Shown one piece after another: positions 56,652 through 64,000 of a stretch of 64,000 nucleotides of DNA; the first letter of the stretch is position 1; each line of letters opens with the position of its first letter. The notes under the pieces were generated by a model, which did no database searches, had not been told where the DNA came from, and was given only the letters and a program-made list of their open reading frames with translations. This DNA comes from an uncultured bacterium. GTDB lineage: Bacteria > Desulfobacterota > BSN033 > UBA1163. The stretch spans positions 65,639 through 129,638 of the forward strand of contig CALLAL010000003.1 of the NCBI GenBank assembly GCA_938002255.1. Reading direction: 5' to 3'. The translations under genes and the position numbers were made by a program.

Positions 56652-57941
56652 ATGGAGAGACCAACACCGTTAACTCTCGCTTTCATTGTTTTCATTATTT
56701 TCTTGTCCTATCCTCTGATGGCTGCGGATGAACGATATCCCGTCGGTCATCCGGATCAGGGACTCCCGAATCCTGATTATCAGCTAACCCCTTACCACGA
56801 GGATCCAAACCATGTGCTCAATCGAATATTCAGAGCTTCTTTTCTTGTGACCACCGCCCCTGCAGAAGTGGGTTTGGCTTTACCCCGGGAGCATCGAAAT
56901 CCGACTGAATTTTTCAGGAAAGGTTGGTATTTCGCTGTGCGCCCCGGAACACCGGCAGATCAGAGACTTTTTGGGGGTGATACACGTCTTCTCTCCCGGG
57001 AGAGTTTTTCGTCTGAAGAAGCCACGGCCTTTGCTAAAGCCCTTGGGGAAGTGGATGAAAAGGTGGTTCAGGCTCTCAAGAAACGCCCTGAGCTTGCTGT
57101 GATGTTCCAGCACGATCTCATGCGTCTTGCCCAACGCTTGATGGACGTCAAGCGGAATCGCGAATTGCTCAAGCCGATCGGAGCGGTGATAAGAAATGTT
57201 GCCCTTTCATCAGACCAACTGGGTCAACTTGCATCTACCTACGAATTGGGTCTGAGGTTTAAGAGCATTGATAGCCCGCTCCCAGAGGATTTGCTTCGCA
57301 CAGACCCTCCGGTGAATGGCCCCTATATCGAACTACTCCGGATGTCGACCAGTCTCTTTGATGCCTCCCACACCCTTTCCTGGTCCCGTGTTTTTATAGC
57401 CTGGCCAACGGGTGTGAAAAACCTCCATCAATTTTTATCCGACCAAACAAAGGGCCATAGAATAGAGGTTCCCACTGGAACAAAGTCCATTCTGGTCCAA
57501 GGCATTGTTGCTATCGATGATCGTGGCCGCCCGTATGCCACTCCTCTGGCCTTCGATGTTCGACTCAAGTGGTTGGAGAACCGGGATCCCCTGTCGGCCT
57601 GGAACAAGACGACAACACGCGACGGCATCCAAATTCGTGCGTATGAGTTGAGACGCACTTCCATGCGAGAAGGTTCTCACCATCAACTCTTTCGGGCGTT
57701 ACATGATGATGACCAGGCATTATTCCGGGACTATGGTGCACTCAAACACACGACGCAAGCGGCACAATGTACAGTTTGTCACCGGCTCCATGATGTCTCG
57801 GACGCTCATTTAGGGGGTTTTATCACTTTGGGTCCTTCGGCAAACCCGCACCTTGCCCTTACTGGATGGGAGAGGCTTCGATTAGCAGAACGTGAGGTCT
57901 TACACTTTATCAAAAAACTTCCAGGGGTGGGGAGAAACTAA
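56652..57941 (+). CDS. Secreted hypothetical protein with a single CxxCH motif
   Basis: A signal peptide is present. AAQCTVCHRL lies near the C-terminus. It is the last gene of the zinc operon. Confidence 0.45.
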   Translation: MERPTPLTLAFIVFIIFLSYPLMAADERYPVGHPDQGLPNPDYQLTPYHEDPNHVLNRIFRASFLVTTAPAEVGLALPREHRNPTEFFRKGWYFAVRPGTPADQRLFGGDTRLLSRESFSSEEATAFAKALGEVDEKVVQALKKRPELAVMFQHDLMRLAQRLMDVKRNRELLKPIGAVIRNVALSSDQLGQLASTYELGLRFKSIDSPLPEDLLRTDPPVNGPYIELLRMSTSLFDASHTLSWSRVFIAWPTGVKNLHQFLSDQTKGHRIEVPTGTKSILVQGIVAIDDRGRPYATPLAFDVRLKWLENRDPLSAWNKTTTRDGIQIRAYELRRTSMREGSHHQLFRALHDDDQALFRDYGALKHTTQAAQCTVCHRLHDVSDAHLGGFITLGPSANPHLALTGWERLRLAEREVLHFIKKLPGVGRN

Positions 57942-59665
57942 GTCTTTTTTAGACCGTCGAGTTCATGTGGAGGCTTTCTATTTAAATCCTCAAGTTTTTT
58001 GGATTTCTCCACCTCTTCTAACGCGTGGGAAAGGGAGGGATATTGAAAAATGTTTCCGTATTTTTTATCCCACCCCGCTCGTTGAACCAAATCTCTAATC
58101 GGGCCTTTCATTGAGGCAAAAAGGAAGTGAACTCCCCTTTCTCGGTAACTTTCCATCATTTCTTCTAAGGTATCAATAGCGACGGCATCCATATCATTAA
58201 CCCCAGAAAGATCGAGAAGGACCCATCGGATGTCCGGTTTTTCAGATAAATGCCTGTGAAGATAATCTTCGAAAAATCCCGCATTGGCAAAATAGAGAGA
58301 GGCGTCAATCCGGACAAGGAGGACGCCAGGGTAAGTTGTCGCCTCTGGGTAGCGTAACAGGTTTCGAAATAGGTTCTCCTTCTTCAGCCATCCAAGTTCT
58401 GCGATATGGGGATGGGCACTCCTCCAGATAAAGACAAGAAGGGAAAAGACCATTCCAATCAAAATCCCTTTTTCACTCCCCAAAATTAATGTGGTCAAAA
58501 ACGTGAGAACAAAGGTCCAGCCATCCAGCTTTTTGACTTTGAAGAAATGCCTGACTCCTTTGACATCCACTAAACCCATGACTGCGACCATGACGATGCT
58601 GGCTAAGATGGTATGAGGAAGGTAAAAAAACAGAGGAGTAAGAAAAAGAAGAACAAGAAGCACAAAAAAACCGGCCATGATAGAAGCAAGGCTTGTCCGA
58701 GCTCCAGATTGATAATTGACTGCTGTTCGAGAAAACCCCCCGGTGACCGGATATCCAGAAAAGATTGAAGCGACGAAGTTGGCCATACCCAATCCTCGAA
58801 GTTCCTGGTTGGATTCAATTTTATATCTTTCTTTCGTGGCAATCAGTTTCGCTATGGAAATTGATTCCATGAACCCGATAAAGAGAATGGGTAAGGCGAT
58901 GGGAAGCAATACGCTCGCGGTTTCAAAACGGAAAGGAGGGATCGAACATGGAGGAAAACCTTTGGGAATATGTCCCACTACTTTCAATCCATTCTGGTCC
59001 AGTTGAAAGAGATAAACAAGAAGGATGCTCGCAGCGACTGTCAGTAACGGCGCAGGAAGGCGGGGAAGCTTCCATTTTAAAAAGAATTGAATCCCAATGC
59101 CTCCAAGCCCAAACAGGAGAGTCATCAGATGGGTCTCCCCTATACGAGGAATGATCTCGATAAGCAACTGGACGATAGAATGCTGGAAAGGAAGTTTGAT
59201 CCCCAACAGGTGACCTAACTGACTGAAGAAAATGATCATTGCTGCCGCAGAGGTAAATCCGCTGAGTACCGCATGAGAGAAAAAATTGATAAAAAATCCA
59301 AGGCGAAGAACCCCCATCACCCATTGGAGAAGACCAACCAGGAAGGTCAGGAGCAATACCAATTCCAGATACCGCTCTGATCCTGGTTCAGCCACACTCG
59401 AAACCCCGCTAAAGACCAAGAGAGAGATCAGGGCAACCGGACCTACTGCTAAGTGGCGCGAAGAACCAAAAAGGGCATAGGCGATGAGAGGGAAAGTGGA
59501 CGCATAAAGTCCAATAACAGGGGGAAGCCCAGCGAGCATGGCATAAGCCATGCCCTGGGGGATGAGCATAATAGATACCAGCAAGCCTGCGAATAGGTCA
59601 TTTTTAAAATCACTGCGGTGATAGGTTTTAACCCATTGAAAGGAAGGAATGATTTCCTTAATCAT
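57938..59665 (-). CDS. SulP family anion (sulfate) permease with C-terminal STAS domain
   Basis: A 575-aa protein with the SulP transmembrane core plus a STAS domain. Confidence 0.85.
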   Translation of the reverse strand: MIKEIIPSFQWVKTYHRSDFKNDLFAGLLVSIMLIPQGMAYAMLAGLPPVIGLYASTFPLIAYALFGSSRHLAVGPVALISLLVFSGVSSVAEPGSERYLELVLLLTFLVGLLQWVMGVLRLGFFINFFSHAVLSGFTSAAAMIIFFSQLGHLLGIKLPFQHSIVQLLIEIIPRIGETHLMTLLFGLGGIGIQFFLKWKLPRLPAPLLTVAASILLVYLFQLDQNGLKVVGHIPKGFPPCSIPPFRFETASVLLPIALPILFIGFMESISIAKLIATKERYKIESNQELRGLGMANFVASIFSGYPVTGGFSRTAVNYQSGARTSLASIMAGFFVLLVLLFLTPLFFYLPHTILASIVMVAVMGLVDVKGVRHFFKVKKLDGWTFVLTFLTTLILGSEKGILIGMVFSLLVFIWRSAHPHIAELGWLKKENLFRNLLRYPEATTYPGVLLVRIDASLYFANAGFFEDYLHRHLSEKPDIRWVLLDLSGVNDMDAVAIDTLEEMMESYRERGVHFLFASMKGPIRDLVQRAGWDKKYGNIFQYPSLSHALEEVEKSKKLEDLNRKPPHELDGLKKT

Positions 59666-59689
59666 GGATGCCCGAAGAGATCAAAAATG

Positions 59690-60247
59690 TTAAAGCCCGG
59701 AAACTTCAATCCAGTAGAGGAGAAAAAGAACTCCTACCGTGACGGGAAGAATGACTCCCCAGGGATTCACCTTGAAAAGTTCGGGCCAGGTGATCTCTCC
59801 AAAATAGCCTCTGTTCAGAATGGTTTTGTCCAGTTCTGAGAAGAGCTGTGCAAAAAGACCTGCACCGATCAGAATTCCTACGACCCCTCCCAAAAGAGCA
59901 TCAAGTGCTCCCTGGCCAACAGCCCCGGCCAGCGTTCCCGGACAATACCCTAAAAGGCCGAAACCCACCCCGAAGAGAAGTCCTCCGATCACTATCGATC
60001 CAAAAGATCCTGGTTTTGGATGAAGAGTGGCTAAGCCCAGGCCTCGTAAAAGATAGACACCAATCATTCCAGTGACCATGGCAGAAAGCATAATCTTCAC
60101 GACTGTGAAATCAGTTAATAACAGTTGTCCAATAATGACGTTATAATCGGTCACTCCTCCCTTCTGAAGAAGAAACCCGAATAACACCCCGATCCCACAA
60201 CCGATCCCTAACTGGAGATCCTTTTTTGTACGTATGTTCTGCAGCAT
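59690..60247 (-). CDS. YeeE/YedE family sulfur-compound transporter half-protein
   Basis: The GYCPG motif is present. Length is 185 aa and the protein is hydrophobic. Confidence 0.7.
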   Translation of the reverse strand: MLQNIRTKKDLQLGIGCGIGVLFGFLLQKGGVTDYNVIIGQLLLTDFTVVKIMLSAMVTGMIGVYLLRGLGLATLHPKPGSFGSIVIGGLLFGVGFGLLGYCPGTLAGAVGQGALDALLGGVVGILIGAGLFAQLFSELDKTILNRGYFGEITWPELFKVNPWGVILPVTVGVLFLLYWIEVSGL

Positions 60248-60272
60248 TCCCTTCTCTCCCCTGATGTTAAGA

Positions 60273-60779
60273 TTAATAGAGTAGCATGGCCGTTATGATC
60301 CCACCGATGAAAAAACAGATGGCTGCCAGCCAACTGCTGACAGCCAGTTGAAGCGTCCCGCTAATCCCATGCCCGCTTGTGCATCCTCCCGCCCAGCGGG
60401 CTCCAAATCCTAAAAGGACTCCTCCAACCAGAGAGACAATCCATCGCAGGCTAAAGGACGGCCCAAAATGAGAGGCCCATGTTGATGGGACAGAAATCAT
60501 CCGAAAAGAACCCGAAAAGATCGCCGAAATCAATGCTCCAAAGAAGATCCCAACCACCAGCATCCATTCCCAGTCAATCTCAGGAGTGAATTTTTTATAA
60601 TAGGCTTTCTCTTTCACCTTTTCACCTCGAAAGAGACCCTCAATCATCCCGCTCGACCGGGAGAAGGCAGTGGAGCATCCGATCGGTTTATCAGAAAGTA
60701 AAAAGGTGATCCAGCTTAATACCCCAATGCCAATCCCTACCGCATAAGGGGACCATCGCTCCATCATCAGCCAGTCCAT
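60273..60779 (-). CDS. YeeE/YedE family sulfur-compound transporter half-protein
   Basis: The GGCTSGHG motif is present. The start is taken at MDWLMMERW (60779), which avoids overlap with the upstream gene. Confidence 0.7.
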   Translation of the reverse strand: MDWLMMERWSPYAVGIGIGVLSWITFLLSDKPIGCSTAFSRSSGMIEGLFRGEKVKEKAYYKKFTPEIDWEWMLVVGIFFGALISAIFSGSFRMISVPSTWASHFGPSFSLRWIVSLVGGVLLGFGARWAGGCTSGHGISGTLQLAVSSWLAAICFFIGGIITAMLLY

Positions 60780-60819
60780 GATCTTCCTCCTGAGAATGGG
60801 TTTTAGACAAAATGACCCT

Positions 60820-62235
60820 CTATTTTTTGAAGGTTTGAGGACCATGAGGGGCAATACAGACTGGACATTCTGGCCCGAACCCTGCCGCATTGTAGCCCAC
60901 CATTCCCCCAGCCAAATTAAAGACCTCCTTGAAACCCCGCATTTTCAAAAGGCTTGCCCCCAGACTGGATCGATGTCCACTGTTACAGATGACAGCAACC
61001 GGGACTTCTGGGTTGAGTTCCTCGTATCTCTTTCTTAAATCAGCAACCGGAATATTGATCGATCCTTCAAGATGTCCGGTCATATATTCTCTTTTTGCCC
61101 TAACATCAACGAGGGTAATGGGGGGCCCTTCGGTCATCCGTCGTTTTAATTCCTCAGCAGAGAGTTGACAGACATGCTGAGTGACCAGACCTGATTTCGC
61201 CCACTCATACATCGCGCCATCCAAATAACCAACAGTCCGATCCAACCCTACCCTTCGAAGCTGAATCACCGCTTCCTCGGCTTGGGACACATTTTCAGCA
61301 ACCAAGAGGATGTTTGCCTCTGGTGGGAGAACCCACCCTGCAAAGGTTGAAAAGTTTCCTCCCAGATCAATATGATAGGCCCCTGGAACATGCTGGCCTC
61401 CAAACGCTTCATAGGGTCGAAGATCAAGCACGATGGTATTCTTATTCTTCGCCATTTGATAAAAGGTTTGAGAATCCAGAGGCATCAAGGCCGGGAGATC
61501 CTTTGTGAGGGTTGGACCTTTACGATTAATGTCGCTACACCGGCTAAAGTGATCCGGAGCTTCTGGCATCTCTGTGGTTAAGACTTTTACGAATTCGTTT
61601 TGGTCTTTAATCTGCAAAGCATAATTATATCGTTTTTCATAGCCGATCGTGCTCGTCCTTTTCGCAGACATTGCTCTCCCGCATAGGGATCCCGCCCCAT
61701 GAGCAGGATAAACCTCACAAAAATCAGGTAAGTTTGCCAACTTCTTTAAACTCTCAAACAATTTACCTCCTAACTCTTTTGCCATACCCGGAAAGAGATC
61801 TGGTCTCCCCACATCTCCAACAAAGAGTGTATCTCCGCTGAAAAGAGCGATCGGTTCTTCTCCTCGTGAATGGTCAATGACGATATAAACAATATGCTCA
61901 GGCGTATGGCCAGGCGTTTCATGGACTCTGATCTCCATATCTTCCATCTCAAAGGTATCGCCTTCAGAAAGCCCGAAATGATCAAAATGGCAATTTCCCG
62001 ATTTGGGAGCATAAATTTTTGCTCCTGTCTTCTGAGCCAGATCCATATGGCCCGAAATGAAGTCAGCATGGAGATGAGTCTCAAGAATATGGGTGATCTG
62101 CAACCCCATCGTTTTGGCTGTCTCGAGATAAATTTGAATATCCCTTTTGGGATCAACCACCGCACAGGTTTTAGAACCACAGAGGAGATAAGAGATGTGG
62201 GATAACCCCTGAACAAAAAATGATTGGATCAGCAT
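60820..62235 (-). CDS. MBL-fold persulfide dioxygenase-like domain fused to two rhodanese domains (CstB-like)
   Basis: The N-terminus has the metallo-beta-lactamase motif HLHADFISGH. Two rhodanese modules follow. The second has the active-site Cys in VICNSGHRSS. Confidence 0.8.
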   Translation of the reverse strand: MLIQSFFVQGLSHISYLLCGSKTCAVVDPKRDIQIYLETAKTMGLQITHILETHLHADFISGHMDLAQKTGAKIYAPKSGNCHFDHFGLSEGDTFEMEDMEIRVHETPGHTPEHIVYIVIDHSRGEEPIALFSGDTLFVGDVGRPDLFPGMAKELGGKLFESLKKLANLPDFCEVYPAHGAGSLCGRAMSAKRTSTIGYEKRYNYALQIKDQNEFVKVLTTEMPEAPDHFSRCSDINRKGPTLTKDLPALMPLDSQTFYQMAKNKNTIVLDLRPYEAFGGQHVPGAYHIDLGGNFSTFAGWVLPPEANILLVAENVSQAEEAVIQLRRVGLDRTVGYLDGAMYEWAKSGLVTQHVCQLSAEELKRRMTEGPPITLVDVRAKREYMTGHLEGSINIPVADLRKRYEELNPEVPVAVICNSGHRSSLGASLLKMRGFKEVFNLAGGMVGYNAAGFGPECPVCIAPHGPQTFKK

Positions 62236-62300
62236 AACGCACCTCCTGTAAAGATGTTTTATCTATAGGGGAATGTCCTTCTTTACCATCAAATCACACT

Positions 62301-63956
62301 TTACTTCTTGTCTCCTGATAAAGCCATTTTCAAACTGATAGCCCCCCGAAGATCTCCGACGAGAAACCCTGTAGCTCGATCGTCTGGGTATTTTTCTTTT
62401 ATGATCGCCTGGACCTCAGTGGGAATGTTCTCCTTGGGCCCATGGCAGGTGATACAGAGAGAAGCAATAGTAAGAGGTTTAAGATATCGAAGGTATTTTC
62501 TCCCCTGCTCTTCAACCACTTCAATATGTTCCTCGGGCAATCTTTTCTCACGGTTAAGGCGATCCAGTTCCAGGAGCATTTTAGTTTCAAAAGCATCGGG
62601 AAGATTTTTGGGATTCCGATATCGCAAGCTGACCCGCCGGAGGGAGTGGCCTGTCTGGGTTGAAAACCGGTTCGTCATCTCTTGGGCCAATTCAGAACAG
62701 ACACGAACAGCATTTGCAAAACCTCCTTTTTGAATTTCTTGCATCAAGAGTCCACGAACTGTATCCATCAACTCATTTGAAATCCTTCTTGCCTCAAGGA
62801 GTTCTTTCTCTAAGGACTCTTTCCTCTCCGGAAGGGTCTCCCAGGCCATCCAGATGGGTTCTTTTGGACCATGATCCTCATGCCAGACATAATAGATTCG
62901 ATTGCCTGAGATCTCCATCTGAGGATCGTATTTCCCGAAACGGGAAGTGGTTCGTTTTCGGGGAGTCCATCCTGTGCCATCCTGATTGAGAACGGCAGTC
63001 CATATTTGACGATATTTCCCATCCGATTCTTCCCAGACATAATAAATCTGTTTTCCATGAACCTGCAATTGGGGAGTATATTTGTCAAAGGGCGTGGAGG
63101 TTCTTTTAATGACCTGCCATCCAGTCCCATCAAGATTCATTTCAGCCGTCCAGATCTGGTATCTGGACTTCTGCCAATCCGGACCATCGGCTTCATGCCA
63201 GGTGAAGTAGATTCTGTTTCTGTGAACCAGCATTTGGGGGTTATGTTTGTCAAAAGGACTATGGGTTCTTTTGACCATCTGCCAATTTTTACCCTCTCGG
63301 CTCATGGAAGCAGTCCAAATCTGAAAATGGACTCCGTCCGATTCTCGCCAGACAAGATAAATGGTCTCACCAACCACTTGAAGCTGGGGTTCATATTTAT
63401 CGTAGGGAGTATGGGTGCGCTTCGTAGCGTTCCATCCTGTTCCATCGATCTTCATCTCAGCGGTCCAGATCTGTCTGTATTTCCCATCCGATTCGTTCCA
63501 GGTATAGTAAATCTTATCCCCTACGACCTGGAGCTGTGGAAACTGCTTGTCAAAGGGAGTATGGGTCCTCTGCACTTCTCTCCATCCTGTGCCATCAAGA
63601 TTCATCTCCATCGTCCAGATCTGTCGGTTTTTGGTCTCATCGGGTTGCTGACGAACATAATAAATCTTAGACCCTGAGACATGGAGTTGGGGAAAAACCT
63701 TATCAAAACGACCATAAGTTCTTTGGGTATGTTTCCATCCTGTCCCATCAACATTCATTTCCGCAGTGAATACTTGCCGGAAGGGACCGTCGTATTCATG
63801 CCAGACATAATATACTTTTTCTCCAACAATTTGAAACTGGGGTTGATAGCCTGTAGAAGGTGTTCGTATGGGAACGAAATCATTCGCTTGGGCTGGAAAA
63901 GGCAAACAGAGAAAAAGAATCGACAGAATCATCATCGCTCTAAACCAAACTTTCAT
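62301..63956 (-). CDS. Secreted protein: 7-repeat beta-propeller-like domain fused to a C-terminal DUF3365/Tll0287-like CxxCH heme domain
   Basis: A signal peptide is present. About seven tandem ~48-aa repeats follow, of the form IYYVWxExDGxxRQIWTAEMNxDGTGWxxxxRTxTPFDKxxPQLQVxG. The C-terminus has CITCHG in a DUF3365-like region. Confidence 0.6.
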   Translation of the reverse strand: MKVWFRAMMILSILFLCLPFPAQANDFVPIRTPSTGYQPQFQIVGEKVYYVWHEYDGPFRQVFTAEMNVDGTGWKHTQRTYGRFDKVFPQLHVSGSKIYYVRQQPDETKNRQIWTMEMNLDGTGWREVQRTHTPFDKQFPQLQVVGDKIYYTWNESDGKYRQIWTAEMKIDGTGWNATKRTHTPYDKYEPQLQVVGETIYLVWRESDGVHFQIWTASMSREGKNWQMVKRTHSPFDKHNPQMLVHRNRIYFTWHEADGPDWQKSRYQIWTAEMNLDGTGWQVIKRTSTPFDKYTPQLQVHGKQIYYVWEESDGKYRQIWTAVLNQDGTGWTPRKRTTSRFGKYDPQMEISGNRIYYVWHEDHGPKEPIWMAWETLPERKESLEKELLEARRISNELMDTVRGLLMQEIQKGGFANAVRVCSELAQEMTNRFSTQTGHSLRRVSLRYRNPKNLPDAFETKMLLELDRLNREKRLPEEHIEVVEEQGRKYLRYLKPLTIASLCITCHGPKENIPTEVQAIIKEKYPDDRATGFLVGDLRGAISLKMALSGDKK

Positions 63957-64000
63957 AAATCTTATTCTCCTTTCGTATGCGATAGGGTAGGCATCTCTGA

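Noticed and set aside
57960-58012. Inverted repeat GTGGAG...CTCCAC / AAATCC...GGATTT resembling a terminator
   Set aside because: It lies inside the C-terminal coding region of the SulP gene, which overlaps the convergent upstream gene by 4 nt. It is not an intergenic terminator.
63006-63677. 223-aa plus-strand ORF, and several other plus-strand ORFs between 62308 and 62989
   Set aside because: These are antisense shadows of the minus-strand propeller-heme gene. The nucleotide-level tandem repeats of that gene create long open frames on the opposite strand. No SD is present and there is no independent similarity.
1-64000. Search for CRISPR arrays, rRNA or tRNA genes and integrase or transposase genes
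   Set aside because: I found no regularly spaced direct repeats, no tRNA-like cloverleaf candidates in the few non-coding gaps, and no recombinase-like ORFs. The only mobile-element-like feature is the MITE-like segment at 18357-18584.

Overview
The window is gene-dense (about 70 supported CDS, roughly 47-48% GC, no rRNA, tRNA or CRISPR seen) and looks like it comes from an anaerobic bacterium. Gene content is Deltaproteobacteria- or Nitrospirota-like. The first ~36 kb is a catabolic island for aromatic amino acids and aromatic acids. It holds two loci of xanthine-dehydrogenase-family molybdoenzymes that resemble 4-hydroxybenzoyl-CoA reductase, each with an FAD subunit carrying a Cys-rich [4Fe-4S] insert. 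One locus is medium subunit plus a fused small-large subunit; the other is small, large, medium. The island also holds indolepyruvate:ferredoxin oxidoreductase IorAB, a class III and a class I aminotransferase, TrpB2, saccharopine-dehydrogenase-like and methylmalonyl-CoA-epimerase-like proteins, two acyl-CoA ligases, and a FadR-type GntR regulator. Transport is by a TRAP DctPQM system and a Liv-type ABC transporter. A DMSO-reductase-family molybdopterin oxidoreductase with a small ferredoxin subunit sits next to a 228-bp MITE-like insertion. Next comes a minus-strand operon for a CsoR-family metal sensor, a Tat-exported FdnH-like 4x[4Fe-4S] protein, a cytochrome b fused to a heavy-metal-associated domain, an FmdB zinc ribbon, and a secreted repeat protein. 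This is an electron-transfer module with no catalytic subunit, and I flag it as a candidate novel copper-responsive redox system. Further on are rubrerythrin and a compact RiPP-like cluster: PqqD-like recognition protein, radical SAM/SPASM maturase, an ATP-grasp-like protein with unusual motif order, and an unannotated 21-aa Cys/Lys-rich micro-ORF with a strong Shine-Dalgarno. That cluster lies divergent from a Fur-family (Zur-like) regulator. A perfect 19-bp palindrome sits in the shared promoter region. The regulator heads a long zinc-uptake operon (small membrane protein, znuACB, an outer-membrane protein, a second ZnuACB-like set, a secreted CxxCH protein). The window ends with a sulfur-handling cluster (SulP, split YeeE/YedE, an MBL persulfide-dioxygenase-like protein fused to two rhodanese domains). 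Last is a secreted protein that combines a 7-repeat beta-propeller with a C-terminal DUF3365-like CxxCH heme domain. All calls rest on reading the ORF translations and the DNA by eye; no database search was possible.
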